A stretch of DNA of 64,000 bases from Schmidtea nova. Its lineage: Eukaryota. The notes below the pieces were generated by a model. It was not told the origin of the DNA and searched no databases. It saw nothing but the letters and a program-made list of their open reading frames with translations. This document shows, piece by piece, positions 10,895-23,343 of the stretch (positions are counted from its first letter, which is position 1; each line of letters begins with the position of its first letter). Where the stretch lies: the NCBI GenBank assembly GCA_044892505.1, contig CM097883.1:155124001-155188000 (forward strand). The letters run 5' to 3'. The translations under genes and the position numbers were made by a program.

Positions 10895-11889
10895 ATTATT
10901 ATTATTTTGATTTAAAAATTATTATTATTATTTTAATTTAAAAATATTTTATATAATTCATATTATAACTACCCCCACGATAACTCAAATTATAATACAT
11001 CCCTCATTGCAAAAAATTACACCCTTTTCACTCAATAGCATCATCCATACTAATACACAAGCAACATACATATAGAATACAATATACACACATACACAGT
11101 ATCATTCAATAACATTCAACAATCACATATACACCAACAAACCATACCAAAAATTCCACACAGACATGCTAGTTAGAATTATACGTCCAACCACACTCAC
11201 AAGCACTTAATTGTTTTAAATCACTCATCATAGAATCACACGCAAATACGATAACAATACAATCAGTCAAAACTATAACAACATTACACACCTTCACACC
11301 CATCATCAAACTATCCATCTCATTCAACAATGCCATCTACAATCAAATTATCACCTTGGAGACTATCATTTCACTTAGAAGATGCATGAAATCACTAAAA
11401 TTGCAGCTACAATATCCTATATGAAATTTGCTTACAGCAAGTGACAATCAACAACGGTAACTACTTCCTGGAATACGTCCACCTTGCAATATCCTATGTG
11501 AAATTTCATTCCTACCTAGAACCCCGATCTCGCCAGTTACTTACAGTGCATAACATTTGGTAATTTACTTATAATTAGCAGTAAAAACAATAATAATCTA
11601 TACTTAGTGAGCAACACACCCAGAGTCGGATATTTGTCTATCATAAAAATTTGTAGAGCTGACACAATGCTAGATGAAAAGTTTTTTTTTGTTTATTACG
11701 TCAAACTCCTCCGTGATTCAACTACGTAAATCACCTAAAAGAACTTTTGTGTTATTAAAGGTTTAGTTCACTTTTTACGAAATAAGATAAAATAGGAGAT
11801 AAATGTATGAACACAAAGTCTAGACGAATCATAAAAACAGAGTCACAAATTTATTAAATATCTGTTTTTCAGCCGATCAATTTGACTCA

Positions 11890-12420
11890 CATGAGAGATG
11901 GAAGTGTAATATCATCATAAAAAATTGAAAATCCAATAGGTAGAAATTTGTGATCCACTCAAGGTAAGGCAATGAGATGCCCTGAGAAATGTTCTGGATA
12001 ACAAAATCTTGGATAAAGTTTCTCAACAATTCTCTTTGAGGTCGAATACATTGAATCCTGTTAATTCTTTACCCACAATAATTAAAATTGAGGGACATTA
12101 AAAGAGATCTTACCATATATTCCCATCCATCCCGTAAGAATCCGCATCTAATTCGGCTACCACTTTCTTGATTCGAATTACCTGTAAAATGATTATAAAA
12201 ACAGATTCACTTAGAGTAGTTAATTCACTATTTACTTGAATTGCGTTTGATTCATCGGGGTCCGGACACCGTAAAGTTACGGTCTTTGAGGCTGAAATGA
12301 GTTAGGTGCCTAAAATGAAAAAATGAGAATGTAACTGATTTAATTTAGGTCAATTTACCTGTTATAATAATTGAAAATAATTCTCCATAAAAAGTTTAAA
12401 TCCCTGAGGGTCAGGCGAAC
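11890..12420 (-). pseudogene. Decayed multi-exon gene fragment, product unknown
   Basis: Several 50-60 nt GT-AG introns separate GC-richer exon-like blocks (e.g. TVTLRCPDPDESNAIQ|VIRIKKVVAEL). Every reconstructed frame has a stop. Confidence 0.35.
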
Positions 12421-12844
12421 CTAATTAGCTCGATAAAACAAACAAGAAAAGAAAATATTTTTTTTTTCATTTATTATTTTACATTTGATAATTTGAAAGA
12501 ATTTTAAAAGGTTAAAGATTGCTAAATCTAATATTTTGTTTCTGCCTTTGTAAGGTTTCTAAAAATCTCGTTTTTATATAAACTAAATAATAAATGAAGT
12601 AATTAGTGGTTGAATTTTGTCTCGATGGGAAATTAAATGTCAATTTGTTGAAATATATCTCTAAAATTACAATTTATGAAAATTTTATAGGAGAACAGCC
12701 AGATAGATATTGGGTATAGGGGATAAAGATAAATATAAAAATACTCAAATACATTGATTAAGTAATAAACAAATCACAGTCGGCGAAAATATTCAAATGA
12801 AAATCTCGAATGAAGAATCCACAGTGGTAGAGCAGATAAATTAA

Positions 12845-13441
12845 GGGGGACAAAAAATGGGCAAGAAACCTTCCATCGGTAGCCCTTGGACCCAGGAGAT
12901 ATTCGGTCAATCATAGTTTCGTATTGACGACGCTCACTGATTGCGAATACCCACCCACTTGTTACAGTACCAACGTTACATAGTGACGGGTAACAAGGTG
13001 GTAATTTCAATGTTTTACGTGTTGAGTTGTTGATGAGAGCCATAGAAACGTCAAGGTCATATTGACGATCAACAACCCACCAGTGTCTTGATGCTCGGAA
13101 TGATTCCTTTTGATGCAAAGATAAACTTATATTGATGTAGATTATTTATTTTGAATTTTCCGATTTAAATCTTATCGAAAGTTTCTAGATAAATGGTTGA
13201 AGAAGGGACAAAAATTGGCATTAAACCTTCTATCGATAGCCTTTGGACTCAGGAGATGTTTGGTCAATCATGGTTTCGAATTTTCGTCGCTCACTGATTG
13301 CGAATACACACCCATTTGTTGCATTACCAACGTTACATTGTGATGGGCAACAAGATGGTTAATCTAATGTTTTATGTGCTGAGTTGTTGATATGAGCCAT
13401 AGCAACGTCAAGGTCATATTGACGATCAACAACACACCAAT
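12845..13441. repeat. Copies 2 and 3 (tandem, ~350-bp period) of the dispersed exon-like repeat
   Basis: Similar to 490-815. Copy 2 has one open minus frame (ORF 12774-13118) ending at an AAG|GT donor-like site. Confidence 0.75.
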
Positions 13442-13992
13442 CCTTTTATTTTATGTTCTTACTTTGAGTTAGTGTATTTTAATTAATTTCTTGCAGTTAC
13501 ACGTGTGTTTTTGACGCATTTAAGCAATTAGAAAATTTCGCTTATGTAAGACCAAGATGTATTAAATTTTCTAGGTTTTCGCGTATATTTAAACACTGTG
13601 TTTATGTCGTTTCTACTGAACAATATATTTTCAACGTATCTTCCAATAACAAATAACATAGTATAGATTTAAGTAATTTAGAATTACATTTGTATATAAA
13701 TCTTTCGTTGAAAAAATAGAAAAGTTCTTTAAAAGAAACGTTTACAATATTTTAACAATTTGTTTAAAACGTGTTAACATTGCGTAATTATAAATGATTT
13801 CAAATAGTCGATTAATAGTTATGTTTTTCTTTAGTCAAACTGTTTTTAAAGTGTATTTTCAACCAACCTTATAATTTTAATTTTTAATTTTTAAGTTTCT
13901 TAGTGGATTTAATTCAAATGCTGATTTAATCCAACATTTAAAAAGTTCTTTTTTCATTATTAAATCAAAATAGTATTTCAATTTAATTTCAG

Positions 13993-14129
13993 ATGAAGAG
14001 TATATTCATTCGGATGATGTAGAATATTTAATGTTATCGATTGATCGTGCAAATTTTGTTGATGATCAGCCTTATGACGATTCACCAAAATCGATTGGTT
14101 TTGGTGTAACTATCAGTGCTCCACACATG
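13993..14129 (+). CDS. PCMT1: Internal exon of protein-L-isoaspartate O-methyltransferase
   Basis: TTTCAG acceptor and GTATTT donor. Translates (x)EEYIHSDDVEYLMLSIDRANFVDDQPYDDSPKSIGFGVTISAPHM, matching the family signature DR..Y....PY.DSPQSIG..ATISAPHM. Confidence 0.88.
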
Positions 14130-15299
14130 GTATTTCGTTTGTTTAGTGCTATAGCAGCGTTTGTAAATAATGCAAATATTTTTAGAATATTTTGTTTTAA
14201 TTATATTTTTGACAATGTAAAGAAACAAATGAAATTAGATACGTCATTGGGCCAACCAAATAGAGCCTGAATGTAAATAAAATTAGAAATAATAAATATA
14301 TAAATTAAACAAATAAAAATAATATTCACAAGTAATCAGAATAAGATCTAGAAAATAAGAATAGATAATAATAGACAATTATAAATGAAACAGTAATAAC
14401 AACTTATCAAGCATTAACTGAGAACCTGTTAAGAATGGATGATACCTGAAAAAAACAAAATAAATAAAAAAATTATCTAAGAAACGCATAAAAATAAAAG
14501 TGCAATAAATAATAATCACCTGTAATATTGTATTAAGGTTGGAAATGTCTAAACTAAAGAGAATCAATTATTTACAAAATAAGCAAATCACTTGAAAATG
14601 CAACCAGCCTGTAATAAAAAACGAAATAAATGAAACAAATATTTATAATAAGTGAATTTACCAAACAGGAATGGAAGCTCGAAATCCGAAAATTGGAATA
14701 AATTAAAATGTAAATAAATGGATAGATAAATAATTACCAATTAGTAAACGAAGGAAGCCTTCTGATTAGCTGGCTGAAATTGTCAACCAGCGCTAAATCA
14801 GTATGAGGGACTGTTAGACTTTTTATAGAATTTTTATCTTTCTACGAGAATTTTGTGTGAGTTGATTTGTGAATTTAGCAATATATTTGGCTATTTTGAA
14901 AGCTTGTATTCTTGTATATTGATTTCGTAATTTAATATCGCGTAACCCCTCATAATTATTTTCCTGTTGGTGTTGTGGTAATAACTATCGCGTACTATCC
15001 ATGTCTTGCCCATGCCTATTCTTTGGTCTAGCGCCACAACACACATAAAAACTTTACTGTTTATGCACCCGTGAATACCCTAACTATTCACGTTGGAACT
15101 GTGCATAACAGCCGATCGCAAATCGGCAGGTGAGCTCCTTTACAAGAACTACTCCCGATTTGTCACATCGTACGGGTTCTACTTGATTGATAGAAGGTCG
15201 TAACACTCCCCTCACCCTGTCGTTGGTCACTCATTTCACCGAATTCCACAATACATATATTTAATTAATGATACGCACAACAAAAACACGAGTTTATTT

Positions 15300-15742
15300 A
15301 GACAATAATGTCGATTTTCGTTTTCATTCTCTTTCCGGTCAGTATCCGTTGTCGTTCTGCATAATTCATCGGCAAATCTTTGTCTCATTTGGTGTCGTCG
15401 CTATGCGTGAATTTTTCGGCGTTTCCTTCCTTTCACTTTAACTTGTTCAAATGTTTCCTTTGTAGACTCCTCCACGTGATCAGGTGCGGGAAACCATTTC
15501 TCGAGGATCATTGGTCGGATTAGATTTCTCAATTGTTCATCCACGAAATTCTTAGTGATGAATCGGTGACAGATGAATCGATCCTGGCTGCCTCCAGTTC
15601 GACGCGTTGATCTTCAATTGTCTTAATAGCCCATCTCAATCTCTCTTACTACTTTCATTTCCGCTGGTGCAAAGTAGATTCCATCCAGCTCCAAAATTCT
15701 TCGTTTTAATATCCCGATCGTCTCCTTTTCCGCCGACGTCAT
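15300..15742 (-). pseudogene. Frameshifted LTR-encoded coiled-coil/basic ORF (F[SA]PxxMK...LIRP family)
   Basis: MTSAEKETIGILKRRILELDGIYFAPAEMK.. then NLIRPMILEKW..GRKRRKIH. Homologous to 25319-25765 and 27402-27995. Confidence 0.7.
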
Positions 15743-15967
15743 TTCCCTTCAAATTACAAAGATTTAATCTCACTCTGTGTCGTCACTGCACTCCCTGCAA
15801 TATACTCATTGACCTTAGTTCTACAATCACCTTAACAACTCTGGGTGTATATTACTACTCCCCTCGCATCGTTTCCCCGTTAACCCGACAGTTACTCCTC
15901 ATCTTAACTAACACTTAAATGTTAACAAAAATAACTCGGTAGTTAATAAACAAAATTAAATGAATAA

Positions 15968-16516
15968 CTAAACACTATGAACTAATATTTTTACAAATAA
16001 AACTTTAATAACACGAAATTTGATACAATTAATGGAGTCACTATGGCTCAGATGGATAGATCTCCTGCACTCCCGAAGTGCTACAGGGAGAATTGGTTGG
16101 TATTCGACTGGAGCTGGATCCATCACAAATCGTCTGAGACTCCAGAACTCCTCCTGAGGGATGGATCCGGTGTAATAAATCCTGAAACGCCCTGGAATGT
16201 CGGTGGGTGACTCCACGAAATATTGGGGTAAATCATCAGGGTAATCTCTGTTGACGTCAATAGACCACGATCTACTACCGTGCCAAGTAATTATATCTGG
16301 GCTATCTCTAAGCAGACTGAATTGGAGCACGACTCCTCTCTCCTCGAAAGATTCCTGGTGTTCTTCGACGATCTGTCTCTCCAGATCCGTCGGAATATAT
16401 TTTAACGGGAGAGCCATAATGAGGTAGTTATCTACCGACTCCTGATCAATATTATCGGGACCATTCAGACTCTCATCCCTACTCTCGTCTCGGATTTTTA
16501 TGCAAACGCGATCCAT
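15968..16516 (-). CDS. LTR-encoded protein of unknown function (PLKxIP family), 182 aa
   Basis: Core is roughly half identical by eye to the ORF at 26113-26634 (LPLKYIPTDL..FSLLRDSP..WHGS..FVESPTDIPGR vs MPLKCIPTDL..FSLFRDSP..WHGS..FVETPTEIPGR). Confidence 0.75.
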   Translation of the reverse strand: MDRVCIKIRDESRDESLNGPDNIDQESVDNYLIMALPLKYIPTDLERQIVEEHQESFEERGVVLQFSLLRDSPDIITWHGSRSWSIDVNRDYPDDLPQYFVESPTDIPGRFRIYYTGSIPQEEFWSLRRFVMDPAPVEYQPILPVALRECRRSIHLSHSDSINCIKFRVIKVLFVKILVHSV

Positions 16517-16814
16517 AATTAAATTTGACCTGCACTAACGATTAATATAAACCAATTTACATTATTATGTCTTTATGATTACTAGGTGTTCTTACCCTTC
16601 TTTTCGGTTCCCGAGGGAATGTTCCTCGCCCGTTCGCGCTCCTATTCCCTATCTACGTCTTCCCCCTCATGCATTTTATTATTAGGTTGTTCAGTAAGTA
16701 ATATGAAGTTGTTAAAATTTAAAATAAACATTTTGATCATAAACTTGTCTCTCAATTAAATCGTCATTACTCTCAGTCGTAAGTCACTTAATTTCCATGA
16801 TTTGAACGGGTCTA

Positions 16815-16995
16815 GGTGATTTCCCCCCCCGGTAATTCCCCCCCGGTGATTTCCCCCCGGTAATTTCCCCCCGGTGATTCCCCCCCGGTAATTTCCCCCC
16901 GGTGATTCCCCCCCGGTAATTCCCCCCCCGGTGATTCCCCCCCGGTGATTTCCCCCCCCGGTTATTTCCCCCCGGATGATTTCCCCTGGATTTTC
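16815..16995. repeat. Left subterminal array of ~15-bp units (C6-8)GGT(G/A)ATT
   Basis: Read directly. The inverted counterpart is at ~19105-19234. Confidence 0.95.
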
Positions 16996-17285
16996 CTACA
17001 ATGACACCCCCGGCAATAAAAGAGAAATACCGAACATTTTCTTATTTAACAAACTTATTTAACAAACTAACTTGTTTAACAAACTAACACACAAACCAGT
17101 TATTACTAGCCACAGTTCACATGACACACTAATTAATTAACTAATTAATTATTTAACTAACTAATTAATAAAGAATTAATAAAGTCGTTTTATAGTATTC
17201 AACTGTTATAAGATGTAAAAATTATTAAAATGTCGTTTCAATTATGCTTGGAAAAATGAATACAAAACAAACTTTAATCATCCAG

Positions 17286-18698
17286 TTAAAAAGCAATGTT
17301 GTGCGCGATTCCACGCAAATAGTCCATGCGGTCTCGTTGATCAAACTCACGAACAATTCTAACTATACGCTCGTTGTTGTCACGATATTTTCTCCGCTGA
17401 GCTGGCGGTGCATGCCCACCGAGTAGTTGATCGATATGCACCATGTTGAGATTGTGTTCCCGTTTCAGGATGCCCAGAAAGCGCCAAATATTTGGATGAT
17501 GTGCAGAAACTGCCAACTGCATTTTTCTGTGCCACCCTTCAATAGAATTATTTGTTCGTGGCAAGTCGTTCTCAACTTGACCGTGGACATTCCAGAGATC
17601 AATGGCGAAGAATGGGGCTCCTCTTCCTTGTCCTCGACGACGCAGACGACCAATGTATGTGTCCTCAAAATAGTCTATCAGCGGCATCATCTCATCTGGA
17701 GCATTTTCCTGCAATGTTTCAAACGATTCGACAACATCTCTAGGTGGTACAAATGCCAGTGCGGGCAACATACGTATTTTCACAGCCAGATCTTCATCCA
17801 TTCGGTAGCGCTCCTGCAGTCCTGCAGTTTGAACTTTGCGATACACATTCTGGGAAAGATGGTAAAAGCAGCCGTTTGTTACAACGCCGGGAAAAGTTTC
17901 ATTGACTGCTGTCATTGCAGCAATTTCGAAATCCATTGTGACAGTAGTTGGCTGCAATCCTGGAAGAATGGTCAACATTGCTTGGAATAAGCGTCCATAT
18001 GTTTCGTTTGTCTTGTTTGGTAGTAGCACATACAAGCATGGAATGACATCTCCACTTGACAACGCATGAACGGTGTACAGTTGGTAGAACAGTTCTGGCA
18101 CAATCTTGAATGTACCGTCCATAAACCAATGAGGTGACTGCTGAAGTAAGGTCATTGTGCGATTGGTGCCAAAAATAAGGATACGTCTTGGATCAGCATT
18201 GCCACTATCGTGCAGTAGAAATATTTCGCCATTCTCCAGAGTTTTGTATTCATCTGGAATATCGAATGCATGATCATTCGGCAGAGGATGCACTGCGTTT
18301 GCTTTCTGTTTTGTATACCGAATAGCACGTCTGATAGTTGAGAGAGGAGCCATTTGAACTGCTGCTGATTGATTCACTTGTTGCATTTCCTCTCCCATTA
18401 TTTGTTGTGCTGTTTCTTGTGTTTGTTCAGCTCTACGTTTTATTGCGGCTCGAACTTGTAAAACTTGAACATGTGAACCATCAGCGGCATGTGAATGAGT
18501 ATTAACATATCCAACGACTGACATGTCACCTGCTATTTTCACCTTAGCTTTACAGATTGACAACCCTTTGCCACTACCACGGCGCTTCTCACATTCAAAA
18601 CTAGTTACATTATCCGCCAAATCCTTTTGTTTTACATAAACATAACCATTTATTGCAATTTTATTTTTTCCACGTATGCTAACTATTGCTTGCATCAT
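17286..18698 (-). CDS. MULE transposase with N-terminal FLYWCH-type zinc finger, 470 aa, intact
   Basis: INGYVY..F.C..R....CKA...HSH (FLYWCH); WFMDGTFK, MDFE.A, GCFYH, RTNNSIEGWH (MULE DDE core). Confidence 0.95.
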   Translation of the reverse strand: MMQAIVSIRGKNKIAINGYVYVKQKDLADNVTSFECEKRRGSGKGLSICKAKVKIAGDMSVVGYVNTHSHAADGSHVQVLQVRAAIKRRAEQTQETAQQIMGEEMQQVNQSAAVQMAPLSTIRRAIRYTKQKANAVHPLPNDHAFDIPDEYKTLENGEIFLLHDSGNADPRRILIFGTNRTMTLLQQSPHWFMDGTFKIVPELFYQLYTVHALSSGDVIPCLYVLLPNKTNETYGRLFQAMLTILPGLQPTTVTMDFEIAAMTAVNETFPGVVTNGCFYHLSQNVYRKVQTAGLQERYRMDEDLAVKIRMLPALAFVPPRDVVESFETLQENAPDEMMPLIDYFEDTYIGRLRRRGQGRGAPFFAIDLWNVHGQVENDLPRTNNSIEGWHRKMQLAVSAHHPNIWRFLGILKREHNLNMVHIDQLLGGHAPPAQRRKYRDNNERIVRIVREFDQRDRMDYLRGIAHNIAF

Positions 18699-19104
18699 GG
18701 ATTATTTTTTAAATTTGATAAATTTAAAATTAAATTTGTTTTAACACGTGGCTATTGCATAAACATAGAGTAGTAGTAGTAGTAGATAAAACATAGATGA
18801 AAACATAGAATATTAATATATTTATATAGTGGCGATTAGTGTTCGTAATACAATATTTCCAAAACATTCGTAATACAATATTAATAATAATATTCGTAAT
18901 ACAATATTTCCAAAACATTCGCTAGATGACAGTCTACACACTCAACCACAGCAAAGAAGATTGCCAGTATAGCGGGATTATTAGAATTATTGTGTTTCGT
19001 CACTTAGCATAATGGTTTTATAAACTTGGATTGTAGCGGAAGACTGAGTTTGCATACCCTTTTAAATTACCCTTTTAAAAAACCCTTTTAAATTTAACCT
19101 TTTA

Positions 19105-19234
19105 CCGGGGGGAGATCACCGGGGGGGAAATTACCGGGGAGAAATTACCGGGGGGGAATCGCCGGGGGGAAATCACCGGGGGGGAATCACCGGGGGGAAA
19201 TCACCGGGGGGAAATTACCGGGGGGGAATCACCT
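19105..19234. repeat. Right subterminal G-run array (inverse of 16815-16995)
   Basis: Repeats of AAT(C/T)ACC(G6-7). Confidence 0.95.
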
Positions 19235-20593
19235 GTTCCCGATTTGAACACAATCGAGTAGACACGTACCTACTCCACTAGACACTTAACAGTATGGCAT
19301 TCCCACTCATACGCTTATTTTTTCACGTCCACCCGCTTACCTCAACATACTCATATATTTCGAGGAGTGCTCTCACCCACTCAGCTTATAACTCTCTGTA
19401 ATTGCATGCTGCCCATTTACGCTCAATGGCTCTCAACACTCTACTCATCTACACTTCTCTACTAAATTCTAAAAATAGAAATTTTTCAATTCGACCGTCT
19501 ACTCGAGATCTCCTCTTGAGCAACTCACAATGATTGGTACTTGACTGGCTTCTATTCATGAACAATTTATTACAATGACGGGAGTGAGCAATTTAATTAA
19601 ATTGGAATTATTATTACCGTCGGGAATTAAATGACAAAATTTTTGTGAACGATCGCGATAATCGCGAACTACTTAATTACTTGAAATTTATTGGGTGACG
19701 GGGAATTCAATAAATGCTTCTACTCAGTGTTATTCATCGCAATCTCGAGTTATGACTGGTCTCGACAAAATTTATGATTGACTCAACAATTATCGTAACT
19801 TTCCAACCGGAACACTACTTAATCGCTAGGATATACGCAATTTATCTGTATAGTTGATACTATTTTAATGATCTATCATTCTGACAGTTTGCGTCGTCGA
19901 AAATTCATGTAAAGGGTCTCCGCAAATGCGCGTTTGCTGACAGATTTAGTAATTACAAAAATTGAGTAAACGAAACTCTGACCCGGCCTCACAACATTCA
20001 CCATTTACGCCTTATAATCTTTACTATTCGTCTTATACGGAGATCCCTATCTCCGCCCCATGATCGGAATAACGAAATTGAAAGCGAAATCCCCGGAGAG
20101 CCCGCAACCCTCGTGGTCGTCCAATTCTCGCATTATCTATGTACATTAATGATAACAAAAACAATGACTTACAATAATTCCAAGATGATCACGAATAATT
20201 AAGTGAGTGTTCCTTCGAGTGTCTTTGAAAATTCAATAAATTAGAATTTGGAAAATTTGCTAATGCCGTTGAAAATTTTTTACTGGTGAATGATATTTAT
20301 TCTACTGACTTGAGCGCCCCTTTTTATACTAAATTTGGCGCTCAAGCAGACAATCAGGATCGAGCTAGCTTTTTATTCGCTAAAAGATTCGATTTCTTAT
20401 TTTATTTATTTTAACTTTCTTATTTATCTTTTTCTGATTATTATTTATTGTTATTGTGATTTCTTATTTATTGTTAAACACAGCAATTCAGGTCTAAAAG
20501 GTAGACTTCCCATTCATTTTCCATAGTTCGTATTCTCCTTTTTATCTTTTGTTTTGTCGTCTATTGACGTCTCTTCTTTTATTTTCTCTATTT

Positions 20594-21449
20594 TTATGTT
20601 CTTACTTGTTTATATTCGTCGTAATCTTCATCGTGGATGTCATATTCTACTCTACCTAACAACGGAAAAATGTCGTCCTTGACATTGATTATTTTGATCA
20701 TTTCTATATATGACTGTTTCGCCATTGTTTGTGCTTCAAATTCTTCTCTTACCAGATAGTCTGGTGGTTCTTGATATCTCAATTTGTGTTTTAGTAGTTT
20801 CTCCTTAGCTATTGCCCATTTGTCTACATATCCTGGCATGATTTGTTTCCATTTTTCTATTCTCTCTTTCTTCAGGGTTGTATGTGAACCTGAGGTCTTC
20901 TCTGTTCATGAAGATTCCAAGTATTTCTGGGTTTTTTATGCCTAGTAATGCCTGCGAGATAAACCAATTTTGATTACGCTCCATTATACAGTTTGCGCCG
21001 AATGCTGGTTTTTCTTTGATTGGGTTTATCCAGGTTATTATCAGTCTTGTTACTTCTTCTCTGTATAACACAAATACGAGATTTGTTTTGCTTACATTCT
21101 TTGTTAGGTGTTCTATCTCTTCTTGATTCCTTATCGTTCTTAGGAAGTTTATCATCTCGCGGTTCGGTATTGTCATTGTTACGCCCAATATGGAGCTTCC
21201 CTTTTCCATTTTACCCATGAGGTTAACTCCATCTCTATATAATCCCTCTAGTACCTTCTGCTTTGACCCCGTTCTTGTTGTGCCTCCTTTTCCACGCAAC
21301 GAATTCATATCGTATCCGCATGTTATCATGATTCCTGCAATCTCTATAATTTTCCTATCTTTTTCTTCCTGAAATGCGCGGTGTATCGGTAGCATGTTGT
21401 CCTTCTTTAATAAAAATAAGACTGGTATTTCTTTTTTTATTACTAACAT
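20594..21449 (-). pseudogene. Frameshifted ankyrin-repeat cargo ORF, paralogue of the C-terminal half of 21641-23200
   Basis: LPIHRA..., GSSILG..MINFL..QEEIEHL, RLIITW..P, EILGIFMNREDLRF and QSYIEMIKIINVK align in order with the neighbouring ORF. ORFs 20805-21449 and 20594-20839 overlap and join by one frameshift. Confidence 0.65.
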
Positions 21450-21640
21450 ATGTAATTTCCTCTAGCTTATTTATGTACTTTATCTACGATTTCTCCTAGG
21501 ATTTCCAATGAATGTTTCGCATCCTTGAACTGTGATATTATTTCTCTCGCTTTTTCTGCTATTGCTTCTAACCTTCCGTTATAGTCGGCATTTGCATTGA
21601 ATAAAATTGATGGATTCTCTATCGGTTCTATTGTTTGCCG

Positions 21641-23343
21641 CTATACTTGTAGTTTCAGCTTACTTTTCGTATTTAATATCTTTAATAGTTCCTTATACCG
21701 CTTATACAATGTTTGTCTTTCTTGAATATCGTAAAAGTATTCCCAACCCATTTCTCCATTGAACTGTCTTTCGAACCATCTTCGTATTATTCCTATAAAT
21801 TCCTCTTTTTGTTCTTTAATCATATCCTCGTTCGGGTTTTTGCTAATCCTTATATTTCCTCTATCCAATAGGATCATTAACGTTTCAGAGTCACATTTGA
21901 ATTCCAATAAATGTTTTAGCAACGCATTTTCTCCTTTGACAAATACTTGGTTCGTGTCTATCACCCATGTATCTCTTTCTGGTCTTTTCCATTTGATTAA
22001 CAAGCGCATGGTTTTGTTTTTCATACTCTTTAAGGCTTCCTTGAATACATCTCCTTGCATTAAGTTATCTATTTCGTCTTCCGTTGCGTATTCAATAATA
22101 TACTTTATCATCGTATGGCTTCTGTTTTTGATTGCTTTATCCAATACCGATTCACCTTCGTTATCTCTTGTTGTTAACTCTGATCCTGAACTAATGAGTG
22201 CATCTATAACTTCCCTTTTCACTACCGAATTTGTAACTGTCATTAGTGGTGTTATTTCTTGATGATTTGCTACTTCCGAACTGATTCCGTGGTCTTTCAT
22301 GAACCTTAGGATTTTCAATGTCCTTTTCGGTCCTACGTATGTTGTCGCATTATGTAGTGGTATATTTCCTGATTTACTTTTAAACGTCATTAATTCTGGG
22401 ATTTCTTTTACGAACAATGGTGCTTTTTCATGCGTCGATTCTCTTATTGAATATTTATGAGCTATGTTGCGTAGGTCTATTCTTTTTTCGCTATCGGGTC
22501 TTTCATTGTTCCAATCTGGAATTATTTCCTTTGCTCTCTTTATGATTTCATTAATGTCTCTTGGAATTTTCTTATCCCTTTTTGTGAATTCCGGTATCTC
22601 TTCTTCGTTGAACGTTGCTCGTAACATGCTTATTTTTGCCGTTTGTGATCTTGTCATTACTCTGTTTTCCGGTGTTATCGTTGCTGTTTTCGGTACCTTT
22701 CTACATCTATTGACACTTACGTATATCGGTCTTACCAATGGGTTATTCAACAACTTAACCCTTACGCTATTCTCGTTTATGAACGTTATTTTGTATGGTC
22801 CTTTTCCCGGCCTTTGTAATTTCTTTGTTGTTCCTGGTATTATTTCCGGGGCTTCAATGATTACCCAATCTCTTACTTTGAGATCGTGTGCCTTCACATT
22901 ATTCTTAGTATCATTTAGATCTTTGCAAATTTCTTGATAAAATTTGATATTCAATCCTGCTGTCTTCCAAATTTCTTGCATACGTTCTTTGAATTTCGTC
23001 ACACAATCATCTATTTCCATATACTGAGATAGCGGTTGTTGGTACTCCAAGTCTATCGGCATGTTACAGCTTCTCCCGTAGATCAGCTGGAATGGGCTCA
23101 TTTTCGTGGCTGAGTGTATAGACATTCTATAAGACATTAAACACAATTTAATGTATTCATCCCAATCTGTTTGGTGTCTGATCACGTAGTTTGATAGCAA
23201 ATTTGATTAATGTCCGGTTAAAACGTTCCGTTTGTCCATTCGTTTGTGGATGGTAGGGTGATGTTGTCAACTTGGCTATTCTGAAGTTGTTTGCTACTTC
23301 GCTGATTATCTCACTCATGAAGTTAGTGCCTTGGTCTGTTCCT
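21641..23343 (-). CDS. 5'-truncated Gypsy integrase (core end + GPY) fused in frame to ~3 ankyrin repeats and a C-terminal domain; frameshift near 23205
   Basis: TDQGTNFMS..SPYHPQTNGQTERFNRTL, then DWDEYI..SPFQLIYGR..GPYKI, then NIPLHNA / ITPLMTV / RDNEGESVLDKAI. Confidence 0.85.

Larger units (their letters stand above)
16808..19240 (-). mobile_element. Complete Mutator-superfamily (FLYWCH-MULE, Phantom-like) DNA transposon, 2433 bp
   Basis: Perfect 9-bp TSD GATTTGAAC (16799-16807 / 19241-19249). Termini GGGTCTAGGTGATT.. / ..AATCACCTGTTCCC with inverted subterminal tandem arrays. Single intact transposase ORF. Confidence 0.95.
14965..20500 (-). mobile_element. Large LTR ('LTR-A', ~3 kb net) of a giant Gypsy-like element, split by the MULE insertion; U3 boundary approximate
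   Basis: Left end TGTTGGTG resembles the ends of LTR-B and LTR-C. Shares the CAGGTGAGCTC..AACTACTC block, two ORF families and a TATA+TCAGT motif (20304-20330) with them. Abuts the integrase-ankyrin region. Confidence 0.6.

Noticed and set aside
490-13441. Alternative genetic code (TAA/TAG=Gln, TGA=Trp), suggested by stops aligning with CAA or TGG in repeats and decayed exons
   Set aside because: Long TE ORFs and both PCMT1 exons are open under the standard code and use TGG for Trp. The stops co-occur with frameshifts, as expected for pseudogenes.
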